A DNA stretch of 64,000 nucleotides from an uncultured Acidobacteriota bacterium (GTDB taxonomy: Bacteria; Acidobacteriota; UBA6911): the NCBI GenBank assembly GCA_963827655.1, contig CAWHCF010000034.1, positions 79,225-143,224 on the forward strand. Reading direction: 5' to 3'. Every line of letters starts with the position of its first letter. Within the stretch, counting starts at the first letter, position 1. The notes under the pieces are model-generated. The model had not been told where the DNA came from. It saw only the letters and a program-made list of their open reading frames with translations, and made no database searches. Positions 1-11,920 of the stretch are shown piece after piece. The position numbers and the translations under genes are program-made.

Positions 1-198
1 TCCAAGAAATACGCCCCCAGGCCGCTGGCGAGGCGCGAGCGACGATGCGTACCCGGTGCGGTACGTGAGGAGCGAGCAAAGCCAGCGGGGCTGCGGGCCG
101 CAGCCCGAAGGGGCGCGATCCTCAGCGTGCTTATACAACGGTTCATGATTGACCACCGACTCTCGCGCCAGAATGTGAAGTTATTTCTGCGCGAGCCT
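1..198. mobile_element. MITE-like element, copy 1 (left end lies outside the window)
   Basis: Near-identical to 1203-1396 from position 16 on; ends in the same terminal repeat CAGAATGTGAAGTTATTTCTGCGCGAGCC. Confidence 0.75.
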
Positions 199-388
199 AG
201 ATCCTCTCTCGGCGAATGCTGACAGACAAGCCCGAGCTTAGCTATTATCCGCCGTTACAGTAGCCGATAGCGGGTTCCCGAGGTTAGGGGAAAGCGAGTC
301 TGTCACCCAATTCCCGCTTTGACTTATCGCCGGCTGCGGCCTAATATAACCACTCCTCGATAGTCGGTCGTGCGGAGCGCAACCAGAG

Positions 389-1147
389 TTGTCACCCCAG
401 CCCAAATCGGAAATGCCTTTCCCTGGTGACGTTGCCCCCCTGATTGGATTGCCGTCCAGAATGGATCCAGGGACCGACACCCAGTACCTCAGCCGCCACT
501 ATGCCGATGCCATCCTGGATGCAGGCGGCATCCCGGTCATTATACCTCTACTGGAAAAGCCCGGTGCCCTCCGAAGCCTGGCCGAGACTCTGGACGGTAT
601 CTTGCTCACCGGGAGCAGCAGCGACGTCGATCCTCAGGAGTACGGCGCGGAGCGCGAGCCGGCGTGCGGTCCGGTGCAACCATTGCGCGACGCCACCGAC
701 TTCCAGCTCCTGGATATCGCTCTGAACCGGAAGAAACCCGTTCTCGGGATCTGCTTCGGCATGCAGTCAGTAAATGTTTTTTTGGGTGGGACCTTGATTC
801 AAGACATCGACACGCGAATCGGAAACACTATCGTTCATGACAATCCGAGTACGGAGGGACGTCCGGCCCATGGCATCGAGATTCGGCAGGGATCGGTTCT
901 GGAAGAGCTTGTTCCCGGGGTCAAGGCGGAAGTGAACAGCACGCATCACCAGGCCATCGATCGTGTAGCGCCTGGTCTGGAAGTCATCGCCAGAGCACCC
1001 GACGGAGTCGTCGAGTCAGTAATCAGCCGAGGCTCCGACCCGTGGATCCTGGGCGTCCAATGGCACCCTGAGAAAAGCTTCCGCTACGACAGGTTGTCGA
1101 AAAAAATTTTCGAGCTGTTTCTGTCGCGATGCCGCACGCCGCTTTAG
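389..1147 (+). CDS. Gamma-glutamyl-gamma-aminobutyrate hydrolase family (peptidase C26, class I glutamine amidotransferase)
   Basis: GILLTG, PVLGICFGMQ (catalytic Cys), VNSTHHQ and GVQWHPE (His-Glu) motifs; start could be ATG at 413. Confidence 0.88.
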   Translation: MSPQPKSEMPFPGDVAPLIGLPSRMDPGTDTQYLSRHYADAILDAGGIPVIIPLLEKPGALRSLAETLDGILLTGSSSDVDPQEYGAEREPACGPVQPLRDATDFQLLDIALNRKKPVLGICFGMQSVNVFLGGTLIQDIDTRIGNTIVHDNPSTEGRPAHGIEIRQGSVLEELVPGVKAEVNSTHHQAIDRVAPGLEVIARAPDGVVESVISRGSDPWILGVQWHPEKSFRYDRLSKKIFELFLSRCRTPL

Positions 1148-1164
1148 CTCGGCGTCAAGGTGTC

Positions 1165-1396
1165 AGGGTTCGCGCAGAAATAAGTTCGCATTCTGCTGCA
1201 GGCCCCAGGCCGCTGGCGAGGCGCGAGCGACGATGCGTACCCGTGCGGTACGTGAGGAGCGAGCAACAAAGCCAGCGGGCCTGCGGGCCGCAGCCCGAAG
1301 GGGCGCGATCCTCAGCCTGCTTAGCGAACAGAAACCGGTTCATGATTGACTACCGACTCTCGCGCCAGAATGTGAAGTTATTTCTGCGCGAGCCCT
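1165..1396. mobile_element. MITE-like element, copy 2 (complete, ~230 bp, ~31 bp terminal inverted repeats)
   Basis: Left AGGGTTCGCGCAGAAATAAGTTCGCATTCTG is the near-perfect reverse complement of right CAGAATGTGAAGTTATTTCTGCGCGAGCCCT; intergenic; no transposase. Confidence 0.8.
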
Positions 1397-1438
1397 AAGA
1401 CGCGAAGAACGGCTGAATCGCATTCAAAAGGAGCAGCA

Positions 1439-2005
1439 TTGCCGACCCATTCCATGAAAGATCATGTGCGCAAAATCCTGGTTGAAATCGGAGAGGATCC
1501 TGATCGCGAGGGCTTGAAAGGAACGCCCTACCGGGTCGATCAGGCGTTGAGATACCTGACCAAGGGCTATTCTCAAGATGTCGATAAGATTCTGAACAAC
1601 GCTCTCTTCAACGTGAAGTACGACGAAATGGTCATCGTGACCGACATCGATTTTTTCAGCCTGTGTGAGCATCACCTGCTCCCGTTTTTCGGTAAATGCC
1701 ACGTGGCCTATCTCCCGGACAAGAAGGTGATCGGGTTGAGCAAGATTCCGCGCCTGGTTGAGCTCTTTAGCCGGAGGCTTCAAGTTCAGGAGCGGTTGAC
1801 CTATCAGATTGCCGAGACCATAAGCAAGAAGATTGCCCCCCTGGGGGTGGGGGTGGTCATCGAGGCCCAGCACATGTGCATGATAATGCGCGGTGTGGAG
1901 AAGCAGAATTCCCGGGCCATCACGAGCGCCATGCTCGGCGTATTCCAGACCCAGGAGACCCGTATCGAATTCCTGGATCTGATTCTCAGAGGCAGGACGC
2001 GATAG
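1439..2005 (+). CDS. folE: GTP cyclohydrolase I
   Basis: [44 protein letters not shown] and HMCMIMRG motifs; likely start ATG 1454. Confidence 0.96.
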   Translation: MPTHSMKDHVRKILVEIGEDPDREGLKGTPYRVDQALRYLTKGYSQDVDKILNNALFNVKYDEMVIVTDIDFFSLCEHHLLPFFGKCHVAYLPDKKVIGLSKIPRLVELFSRRLQVQERLTYQIAETISKKIAPLGVGVVIEAQHMCMIMRGVEKQNSRAITSAMLGVFQTQETRIEFLDLILRGRTR

Positions 2006-2072
2006 AATTCCTGGTGTTTCTTCGTGTCTTTGGGTCCTGGTGGTATTTGTTTCGGTGCGGGAAGCGGGTAAG

Positions 2073-3701
2073 CTAGCGTATCCGTATTCGAAATGGCATC
2101 CAGAGTAACACGGCTGCTCTGCCAATCCATTCCAATGCTCCAAGCAACTCGACACCCGGATGGGGTGCCGCGAAAAGTCGCAAACCAGCCGTGATGTCGG
2201 GCGCAATTAACTCTCGGAGCCGCCGACGCCGGTGGTAGTGTACGAGCCTCGTTTTTTGGGTTTCGGGTATGCCGGCTCGCCGGCGGGCTTCCTCAATCGC
2301 TTCCCTTAACCCGGCGGTCATATCCACCAAACCGTTATCCCGGGCGCGCACGCCGCTCCAGATGCGGCCTCGACCAACCTGGTCCGCCGCATCGTCCGAC
2401 ATTCTTCGGCCATCGGCCACCTTCTTCAGGAAATCCTGCCGATAGAATTCTTCCAGCTGTCTGGCGAGTCGGTCGGACTCGCCTTGAGAAAATGACGATA
2501 ACGGCGACCCGTATTCCGCGTGGTCTCCACGGCGCAGCGACGTGTGGTGAACACCCAGGCGTTCAATCAACTTCTTGGCGACGAACTTACCTCCCATGAC
2601 CCCTATCGACCCGGTGATTGAAGTAGGCTCGGCGACGATGCTCGAGGCTGCGGCAGCGATGTAATAAGCGCCCGAAGCGGCGACGTCCCCGAAGCTTGCC
2701 ACCACGGGTTTTTTCTTCTGGAGAAGAGAAACCTTCCTCCAGATTACATCGGACGCGATGCCGGTCCCGCCGGGCGAGTCTATTCGCAGAACGACGGCGC
2801 GGATCCGCCGCGACTTGTTGGCGTGATCCAGGAACCCGCCGATGGTATCCGATCCTGAGATGGCGCGGCCATCCGCCCCCCGGCGACTCTCGCCCGACGA
2901 TAAGTTGCCGATTACATGTACCAACGCAACGCGGGGACGCCGGAAGGTGATGAGTCGTCGAATGAAACCTTCACCCACAGAAAGTTTACTGGCGGGAATC
3001 GCCCGCAGCGCGCAGCCGAATTTTTCTTCGAGCTTCTCTTTGATTTCGTCCTCGTAACCGAGGCCATCCACCAGCCGTTGTTCGTAGGCCTCCCTTGCGG
3101 TGTAGGGACCCTGGTTGATTTTGGCCATGATTTCTTCGCGCGGCAGGCCGCGCCCCTCGCCCAGGAGCCGGCAAAACTCTTCGAACAGGTCATCCAGCAG
3201 AACATTCCACTGCTCGCGCGACTGTGGCGACATTTCATTGCGGGTAAAGGTCTCGCCCGCCGACTTGTACTCTCCCACTGACTGAAGACTTGGTTCGATC
3301 CCGAGACGGTCCAGGACATCGCGAAAAAAGAAAACCTCGGCTTTCAGCCCGACAAGATGGAGACTGGAAGCCGGCGGGATAAAGATTTGATCGCACGCGC
3401 TGGCCAAGAAGTATTCCGCGTTGCCGCCACTCTCCATGAAACAATAGATCGGCTTCCCGCTGCGTCGAAACTGGACCAGCGAACGGCGAAGGGCGCTCAA
3501 GCGGCCCCAGCCAATGACCAGGTCGTCCAGAGTCAACTCCATGGCGACAATCTTGCGGTTCCGCGCGGCCTTTTCGATAGCTGCGAGGACGTCTTCCAGC
3601 GCCGTCTTCTCGCGGCGTGAGAACAGGGTGTAATCGGGCCGACCCTCAATGATTTCTTCCTTCAGGAGCAGCTGAAGGTACCGTGGTTTAGGTTTTCTCA
3701 T
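2073..3701 (-). CDS. sppA: Signal peptide peptidase SppA (two S49 domains)
   Basis: YFLASACD, GEYKSAGE, LRIDSPGG, AASGAYY and TGSIGV motifs. Confidence 0.92.
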   Translation of the reverse strand: MRKPKPRYLQLLLKEEIIEGRPDYTLFSRREKTALEDVLAAIEKAARNRKIVAMELTLDDLVIGWGRLSALRRSLVQFRRSGKPIYCFMESGGNAEYFLASACDQIFIPPASSLHLVGLKAEVFFFRDVLDRLGIEPSLQSVGEYKSAGETFTRNEMSPQSREQWNVLLDDLFEEFCRLLGEGRGLPREEIMAKINQGPYTAREAYEQRLVDGLGYEDEIKEKLEEKFGCALRAIPASKLSVGEGFIRRLITFRRPRVALVHVIGNLSSGESRRGADGRAISGSDTIGGFLDHANKSRRIRAVVLRIDSPGGTGIASDVIWRKVSLLQKKKPVVASFGDVAASGAYYIAAAASSIVAEPTSITGSIGVMGGKFVAKKLIERLGVHHTSLRRGDHAEYGSPLSSFSQGESDRLARQLEEFYRQDFLKKVADGRRMSDDAADQVGRGRIWSGVRARDNGLVDMTAGLREAIEEARRRAGIPETQKTRLVHYHRRRRLRELIAPDITAGLRLFAAPHPGVELLGALEWIGRAAVLLWMPFRIRIR

Positions 3702-5013
3702 ACAATCTCCGTTCCAGCCAGGATGACAGTATGGGCCCCTTCCGCCGTATTTCCCACGCCATCAGAGCGTACATAGGAAGATACTCGACCAGCAACACCC
3801 AGGGCGGCTCGTACACGGGATGATAGGCATAGGCCAGGTACGACAGAAAAACCGCGCCGGTCCAGTAGATCATGAATCCATAGGGAAGTATCGGCAGCGC
3901 CAACGCCGCCCAGGAGAGGTACCAGGGGTGCACAGTGGTCGACAGGCAAAGGTCGGCGATCATTAGCCAGAAACCCGCATGCAGCAGATCGCGCTCGCTT
4001 CGAACAGGAAATTTCCACCAGATCACAGCGCAGATCAAGACCAGGATGACAGCGAGAAAAGGGCCGGTAAACTTGTCCCACGCCTGCTGGAACACCTCGC
4101 GACCGATAAACCGGAGCAGATAGTGGACACTGGCATTGAACTCGAAGAGCCGGTAATAAAGTGAGAGCGACCGAATGTAGCGCAGGCCCGAGGAGGGTGT
4201 GTAGTAGATCCAAACGAGGACGGCGCCGGCTGCGATACCGGCGAGCGCCGCCTTCCAGCCGGTTCGGCGCAGGTAGAACGGAAACCACAGCGCCGGGTGC
4301 AGTTTCACGAGCGTGGCCGCCGCATAAGAGACCATCGCCGTGATTTTCCTGGAGTGATGAAGAAGAAGAATCGAAAGGAGCATGAAGAACATCATCGCGC
4401 TGTCCGAGTGGCCGGAGTGCGAAAACTCGAAGATGAAAAACGGATTCCAGGCGAGAAGGTACAGCGGCTGCATCGGCCGACCGAGAGCTTTGATGAGCCT
4501 CCAGGCCAGTATCACAACTCCGAATTCAAAGGCGCTGAAAACAGCCTTCATGGCAAGAAAACTGTTGCCGAAGACTTCATACGAAAACCGGAAAAGGATT
4601 TGTGAAAGGGGAGGATAGGCCGTCAGGTACTGTTTCGAATTCAGGAACGGATAAATGCTCGAATCGCGAAGCGCCTGCAGCTCGGGGGCGTCCGGGGTGA
4701 ACCGGAACGGATCGTACCCCATCGCCGAAACTCTCGCGTCCCACATATACCGGTACACATCTTCGCTCTGGTAGGGCGGGGCCGGTAAGACCGTGAGACG
4801 AAAGAGAAATGCGAATGCCAGGATTGAAATGAGCCCGGGAGTGTTCCTTATGGGTAGCCGGAAAAAGGCCCAGAGGCAGAGTGCGAACTCGGCCAGCATC
4901 AAGCAGACAAAAGCGACGGCATGCTCACGAAGCGGCCCCAGGCCGAGGGCCGCGACCCAGAGCAACTCGACCGTGGTTCCCAGCATGAAGATTGGTGCTA
5001 ACTGCTTGAGCAT
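3688..5013 (-). CDS. Polytopic membrane glycosyltransferase (GT-C, GT87-like)
   Basis: SEDVYRYMWD, YPPLSQ, LAWNP, GHSD and VHPWY motifs; many hydrophobic segments. Confidence 0.75.
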   Translation of the reverse strand: MLKQLAPIFMLGTTVELLWVAALGLGPLREHAVAFVCLMLAEFALCLWAFFRLPIRNTPGLISILAFAFLFRLTVLPAPPYQSEDVYRYMWDARVSAMGYDPFRFTPDAPELQALRDSSIYPFLNSKQYLTAYPPLSQILFRFSYEVFGNSFLAMKAVFSAFEFGVVILAWRLIKALGRPMQPLYLLAWNPFFIFEFSHSGHSDSAMMFFMLLSILLLHHSRKITAMVSYAAATLVKLHPALWFPFYLRRTGWKAALAGIAAGAVLVWIYYTPSSGLRYIRSLSLYYRLFEFNASVHYLLRFIGREVFQQAWDKFTGPFLAVILVLICAVIWWKFPVRSERDLLHAGFWLMIADLCLSTTVHPWYLSWAALALPILPYGFMIYWTGAVFLSYLAYAYHPVYEPPWVLLVEYLPMYALMAWEIRRKGPILSSWLERRLYEKT

Positions 5014-5244
5014 TCAAACAATATATCATGGTCCGGGCGGGACAAAACTCCTTGACGACCCTGGAGCCCTATGATACTTCTTACCCTCTTCGCGTCTTCA
5101 TGGTTAACGCTGGGGAACAGAGACCAGCCAACGAGACACGAAGACGCGAAGAAGCGCAAGAATCTTCGTAAGAAAAGCAAGAAACTACCAATCAGCGACG
5201 TCGAAGACGCTGGGGGAAGAGTGTCCTCGGCGCAGAGTAAGCCT

Positions 5245-5667
5245 GTGATCAGCCTTGATAGCTCCATAATACCGGCGATACTTATTTTTTTCTTGCTGAT
5301 CTTTGCGCTCAATTCTCTTTTGTTCCGGCCGCTGATGCGGGTTCAGGCCGAGCGAGAAAGCAGAACCTCGGGTCTCTTGCTCGAGACGCAAAAGAAGGTC
5401 GACCACCACCTGGATTCATTCAGCAGTTATCAAGCCTCGCTCAAGAATGCCCGCATGCAGGGCTACCGGCACCAGGAGCAAGTTCGCGCGCAGGCAATGA
5501 AAAAACGCGCCGAAGTTCTGGAATCGGCCCGGCTAAATGCCGAAAAACTGATCCAGGATTCTCGCGCCACGATTCAGAGCCAGGTTGTCACCGCGAAGGA
5601 GCAGTTGGGCCGCGACGCCCAGGAAATCGCTCGCAGCATTGTGAGCACCATTCTGCAAAGGCCCTAA
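5245..5667 (+). CDS. atpF: ATP synthase F0 subunit b'
   Basis: N-terminal TM then LFRPLMRVQAERE and a coiled coil; first gene of the atp cluster; GTG start preferred over the ORF start at 5071. Confidence 0.8.
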   Translation: MISLDSSIIPAILIFFLLIFALNSLLFRPLMRVQAERESRTSGLLLETQKKVDHHLDSFSSYQASLKNARMQGYRHQEQVRAQAMKKRAEVLESARLNAEKLIQDSRATIQSQVVTAKEQLGRDAQEIARSIVSTILQRP

Positions 5668-5669
5668 CA

Positions 5670-5799
5670 ATTGCGGATTACCGATTTCAGATTGCGGATT
5701 GCGGATTGCGGATTGTCTCAGCTGACATTCTCACTCCGCGTGCAGCTTCTTGAAATCCGCAATCCGCAATCTGCAATCCGCAATCGGTAAATCCGCAAT
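5670..5799. repeat. Heptamer (GATTGCG/CGCAATC) tandem repeats arranged as an inverted repeat
   Basis: Left arm ~5670-5714 pairs with right arm ~5753-5799 with few mismatches. Confidence 0.85.
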
Positions 5800-6334
5800 C
5801 GGAATGCTCCTGCTGCCCTCGGTGGCTCTTGCGGCCGAAGGCTCCGGCGATAAATGGGGACCCTGGTTAACCATCGGCCGATTTTTCAATCTGGCGCTGG
5901 TTATCGGAGTTGTGGTGTGGGTTGCGCGCAAGCCGCTGGCAAGCTTCTTTGCCGGCCGGACCCAGTCGATTCAGGAGCAACTGGCAGCCGCGCGCAAGGC
6001 CCGGGAAGAAGCCGAGGCCAAGCTCGCGGAGATCGAGTCGCAGATGAGCCATCTCAATGAAGAACTGCGGGACCTGGAGACCGCGGCGGAGAAAGAGGCC
6101 CAGGACGAGTATCAACGTCTTCTGGCTGAGACGCAGCGTGATGCCGATAAGATTGTCGAAAGAGCCCGCCAGGAAATCGACGGTCTGACGCGAACCGCCC
6201 AGATGGAACTCAAGGCGCACGTGGCGGAATTGTCGGTCCGTCTAGCGGAGGAAGGCATTCGCCGGGAGATTACCGACCAGGATCGCGACCGGCTGTTTAT
6301 GCGGTTTGTCACCAAGCTGGGAGCGAAGCAATGA
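5750..6334 (+). CDS. atpF: ATP synthase F0 subunit b
   Basis: TM FFNLALVIGVVVWVARKPL followed by a coiled coil; position before atpH; true start uncertain (possibly ATG 5804). Confidence 0.85.
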   Translation: MKSAIRNLQSAIGKSAIGMLLLPSVALAAEGSGDKWGPWLTIGRFFNLALVIGVVVWVARKPLASFFAGRTQSIQEQLAAARKAREEAEAKLAEIESQMSHLNEELRDLETAAEKEAQDEYQRLLAETQRDADKIVERARQEIDGLTRTAQMELKAHVAELSVRLAEEGIRREITDQDRDRLFMRFVTKLGAKQ

Positions 6335-6873
6335 TCTCTTCGGCGCTCTTTGCGCGCTACGCGCGCGCCCTGGCGGACGTCGTGATGGAGCAACGGCAAG
6401 AGCAACAGGTAACGGAGGATCTTGCCGTTTTTCGTGAGATTTTCAGGAGCGTTCCCGACCTGCTGGACGTCTTCGACAGTCCGGCGATTCCGCGCGAAGC
6501 AAAGGAACGAGTACTGAAGGAGCTGATTGCTCGATACCCCGTCAGCCCGACGACGGCGAACTTCTTGCGCGCTCTCCTGGGACACAATCGAATTCGCTAC
6601 TTCCACGAGATCTTCAACTACTACGTCAGGACGATAAACGACCGGAAGGGAATCGTCGCTGCCCAGGTGACCGCCGCGTCGCCGCTGTCCGAGCCTGACC
6701 AGGCCAGCCTTCGCGCCAGTCTTGCCGGCGCTACCAGCCGGACCGTAGTCCTGGACGTTCGCACCGACCCGGATCTTCTGGGCGGACTGGTCGTGCAAAT
6801 CGGCAGTACCGTCTACGACGGATCGATCCGGACGCAGCTGACGGAAATGCAGCGCCGGTTACGCGAGAGCTGA
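6331..6873 (+). CDS. atpH: ATP synthase F1 delta
   Basis: ARYARAL, DPDLLGGLVVQIGSTVYDGSIR. Confidence 0.93.
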   Translation: MISSALFARYARALADVVMEQRQEQQVTEDLAVFREIFRSVPDLLDVFDSPAIPREAKERVLKELIARYPVSPTTANFLRALLGHNRIRYFHEIFNYYVRTINDRKGIVAAQVTAASPLSEPDQASLRASLAGATSRTVVLDVRTDPDLLGGLVVQIGSTVYDGSIRTQLTEMQRRLRES

Positions 6874-6938
6874 CCGCATCAAGGGGCCGCCGCCGCAAGA
6901 CAGGCGCCCTCGCCTACGTCTAATAACGAAGGGACGTC

Positions 6939-8465
6939 ATGGAAATAAGGGCCGACGAGATCAGCAAGATACTGAGAGATCAGATCAAGGATTACCAGAC
7001 CGGGGTCGTCGTGAGCGAAATAGGCACGGTGATTTCGGTCGGGGATGGAATTGCCCGGGTCCATGGACTGGAGAAGGTGATGGCCGGGGAACTTCTGGAT
7101 TTTCCCCACGGCGTGAAGGGAATTGCGCTCAACCTGGAAGAAGATAACGTCGGAGTTGTCCTCTTCGGGGAATACACGCGTATAGGCGAGGGAGATGTCG
7201 TCCAGCGCACCAAGCGAATCATGTCGGTCCCGGTAGGACCGGCGCTCATCGGGAGAGTCGTCAATGCGCTGGGTGAGCCGCTGGACGACCGCGGACCCAT
7301 CCCGACTACAGAGTTCGCTCCAATCGAGCGCCTGGCTCCCGGTGTCATAGATCGCCAGCCCGTGAAAGAGCCTCTTCAAACCGGACTCAAGGCGATCGAC
7401 GCCATGATTCCCATCGGGCGGGGACAACGGGAGCTGATCATCGGCGATCGCCAGACCGGCAAAACTGCCATCGCAATCGACACGATCATCAACCAGAAGA
7501 ACACGGACGTCATCTCCATCTACGTGGCCATAGGGCAGAAGCGCTCGACCGTGGCGCAGGTGGTCAAGACGCTGGCGGATTACGATGTTCTAGACCGCAC
7601 CATCGTGGTGTCGGCCTCAGCCTCCGATCCAGCCACGATGCAGTACATAGCCCCCTATTGTGGCTGCGCCATGGGAGAGTACTTCCGCGACCGCGGTCAG
7701 CACGCGCTGCTGATCTACGACGACCTGTCGAAGCACGCCGCCGCCTATCGCGAAATCTCTCTGTTATTGAGGCGTCCTCCGGGCCGGGAGGCCTTTCCCG
7801 GAGATGTGTTCTACCTCCATTCCCGTCTGCTCGAGCGCGCCGCGAAGCTGAACGCCGCCAACGGCGGGGGTTCCTTGACGGCGCTTCCTATCATCGAGAC
7901 TCAGGCCGGCGACATTTCCGCCTATATCCCGACCAACGTCATCTCCATCACCGACGGCCAGATCTTTCTGGAGGCCGACCTGTTTCACGCCGGCATCCGT
8001 CCGGCCGTTCACGTCGGCAACTCGGTAAGCCGCGTGGGGGGAAATGCCCAGATCAAAGCCATGAAGCAGGTGGCAGGCACCCTGCGGTTGGAACTGGCGC
8101 AGTTCCGGGAACTGGCAGCATTCGCACAGTTCGGATCGGAACTGGACAAGGCGACGCAGGCCCAGCTCTTCCGCGGCGAGCGTTTGACCGAGATCCTGAA
8201 GCAGGGCCAATACCAACCGGTGGACGTGATCAAGCAGGTGTTGGTTGTCTTCGCGGGAACTCAGGGTTTAACGGATGACCTGAAACTGGAAGAGATCAGT
8301 TCGTTCGAGAAGGGATTGTACAGTTTCATGGACAGCGCAAAGAGCTCGCTGTTGCAGCGCCTCGCCAGTGAGAAAGCCCTGAGTGATCAGTTGCGCGGCG
8401 AACTCCTTTCCGCATTGAAGGAATACAAAGAGAAGTTCGTCGCCGAGAAAGCCGTCGCTACCTAG
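6939..8465 (+). CDS. atpA: ATP synthase F1 alpha
   Basis: GDRQTGKT Walker [24 protein letters not shown]. Confidence 0.98.
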   Translation: MEIRADEISKILRDQIKDYQTGVVVSEIGTVISVGDGIARVHGLEKVMAGELLDFPHGVKGIALNLEEDNVGVVLFGEYTRIGEGDVVQRTKRIMSVPVGPALIGRVVNALGEPLDDRGPIPTTEFAPIERLAPGVIDRQPVKEPLQTGLKAIDAMIPIGRGQRELIIGDRQTGKTAIAIDTIINQKNTDVISIYVAIGQKRSTVAQVVKTLADYDVLDRTIVVSASASDPATMQYIAPYCGCAMGEYFRDRGQHALLIYDDLSKHAAAYREISLLLRRPPGREAFPGDVFYLHSRLLERAAKLNAANGGGSLTALPIIETQAGDISAYIPTNVISITDGQIFLEADLFHAGIRPAVHVGNSVSRVGGNAQIKAMKQVAGTLRLELAQFRELAAFAQFGSELDKATQAQLFRGERLTEILKQGQYQPVDVIKQVLVVFAGTQGLTDDLKLEEISSFEKGLYSFMDSAKSSLLQRLASEKALSDQLRGELLSALKEYKEKFVAEKAVAT

Positions 8466-8527
8466 CCGATTGCGCGTCTGGTAGCGTGTTGGTGCATCGT
8501 CAGACCTTGTAGACGTCACAATTCAAG

Positions 8528-9384
8528 ATGGCAAACGTCCGCGACATCCGAAGGCGAATTCGAAGCGCCAAAAGCATTCAGCAGATCACTCGCGCGATGA
8601 AATTCGTCTCCGCAGCGAGACTGCGCAAAGCGCAGGACCGGGTCATCGCCGCGCGTCCCTACGCCCAGCAAATGCTGGCGGTCCTCAATAGCCTGGCAAC
8701 AAGGGTACGGGAGCGGAGTCATCCACTGCTGGCGCGGCGTGGAGATGAAAAGATTGGACTTGTCATCATCACCGCCGACCGGGGGTTGTGCGGAGGATAC
8801 AACACCAACATTCTCAAGCGGGCTACTGAATTCCTGGTCGGGCGCCATGGCAAGTCGGTACACTTGACCGTGCTGGGGAAACGCGGGAGGGACTTCTTCC
8901 GGCGTCGAACTTACGCCGTGCGGCATGAAGCCGTTAGCGTCCTCGAAAAACCGAGCTTCGAAACCGCGGCCGCCATTGCCCGCGACGTCATTGAGGAGTT
9001 TGAGAAAGGCGCGCACGACCAGGTCTGGCTTTTGTACAACGAGTTCAAGTCGGTGGTGCAGCAGCGGGTCGTGGTGGAGCCGCTGCTTCCGATCAAGCCT
9101 GTCGAGCAGCCGGGCGAGGATACTCATCTGGAGTATCTTTATGATGTGCCTCCGGAAAAGATTCTCAAAAACCTGCTGCCGCGTTACGTGGAGGCACAGA
9201 TTTTTCGCGCCCTTCTGGAGGCCGCAGCCTCGGAGCACGGAGCGAGAATGACGGCCATGGATGCTGCCACCAAGAATGCCACCGAGATGATTGACAATCT
9301 TACGCTGTTTGCCAACAAAGTGCGCCAGGCCGCGATCACGAAGGAGTTGATCGAAGTTGTGAGCGGCGCAGCCGCGCATGATGT

Positions 9385-9391
<7 letters not shown>
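8528..9391 (+). CDS. atpG: ATP synthase F1 gamma
   Basis: ITRAMKFVS, DRGLCGGYN, RQAAITKELIEVVSGA. Confidence 0.97.
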
Positions 9392-10863
<1,472 letters not shown>

Positions 10864-10908
10864 AGTTCACGGCTAGAAAGCGCACGCCAACGTCATCGTC
10901 ACTAATCG

Positions 10909-10936
10909 TCAATCGTCAATCGTAAATCGTCAATCG
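10909..10936. repeat. 28-bp heptamer tract; right arm of the inverted repeat flanking atpD
   Basis: TCAATCGTCAATCGTAAATCGTCAATCG. Confidence 0.9.
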
Positions 10937-10938
10937 GA

Positions 10939-11358
10939 ATGGTTTTGCCGGATCAGATTCAGCTGGAAATCGTGACGCCTGAGAAGCGGCTCTTCAGCGG
11001 CCGGGTAGACGAAGTAACGGTTCCATCGTCTCGTGGCTACCTTGGAATCCTTCCAGGACATGCGCCCCTTCTCGGAGAACTCGGCATTGGTGAAATCAGC
11101 TGTCGCATGGCGGACCGCCGGGAATATTTCTTTTGCGCCGGAGGTTTTCTTGAAGTCCTGCCGGATCGGGTTGTGATTCTGGCGCAGACTGCGGAGAAGG
11201 CCTCGGAGATTGACGTGGGTCGCGCAGAGCAAGCCAGGCTCCGCGCCGAGAAGCTGCTGGCTTCGAAGGATCCTGATACCGACTTCGATCAAGTCCAGTC
11301 GGAGTTGAAGCGCGCTACGGCCCGGCTCGAGACTGCAAGACATCAGCAGCGCAAGTAA
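10939..11358 (+). CDS. atpC: ATP synthase F1 epsilon
   Basis: LEIVTPEK, GYLGILPGHAPL, GGFLEV. Confidence 0.95.
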   Translation: MVLPDQIQLEIVTPEKRLFSGRVDEVTVPSSRGYLGILPGHAPLLGELGIGEISCRMADRREYFFCAGGFLEVLPDRVVILAQTAEKASEIDVGRAEQARLRAEKLLASKDPDTDFDQVQSELKRATARLETARHQQRK

Positions 11359-11398
11359 GAGCTTTTCTGGGCGGCTTCGCGCCTTTGCGGTGACCGGT

Positions 11399-11875
11399 TC
11401 AAACCTGGGCAGCGCGCGGTTTGAGAATTGCCACCCCCAGGATCCCTCCCAGGATACCAAAGACCACCGAGACACCGAACCGGATGACGATTTTGAAGAA
11501 TAGAGCTACGCCTACAACGGTTCCGAAATGGGTGAAAAAGAACTCCAGAAGAGGCCGGATCTCCTCCGGAGCGTCCGCCAGGCTGGGGACGGCCCTGCTC
11601 AGAAAGGACTGCAGAATCCCGCCGAAGATCAGCGTGACGGGACCGAGCAGCAACCCATAGATCAGGGTCCCGACGACCCCGGTCATTACTCCGAGGATGA
11701 TGCCGTCATTGTTCGTGGGAGGGGTGGGGCTCGAGCTTCGATATACCGCTACCGCGACGATGCTTCCCAGGATAGGAAAGACGCAGCAGGCAAGATTGAG
11801 AATTGGAACAAAAGGGCCGAGGCCTGTGATCAGGCCACCGATCAGTATCGCTCTCCACTTTCCTTCAAGAGCCAC
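11399..11875 (-). CDS. Hypothetical membrane protein
   Basis: Several hydrophobic helices; NLACC motif. Confidence 0.65.
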   Translation of the reverse strand: MALEGKWRAILIGGLITGLGPFVPILNLACCVFPILGSIVAVAVYRSSSPTPPTNNDGIILGVMTGVVGTLIYGLLLGPVTLIFGGILQSFLSRAVPSLADAPEEIRPLLEFFFTHFGTVVGVALFFKIVIRFGVSVVFGILGGILGVAILKPRAAQV

Positions 11876-11920
11876 GGGCCCCCGGGGTGGCTGATCACAG
11901 CAAGCGGGAACAGTTTACGG

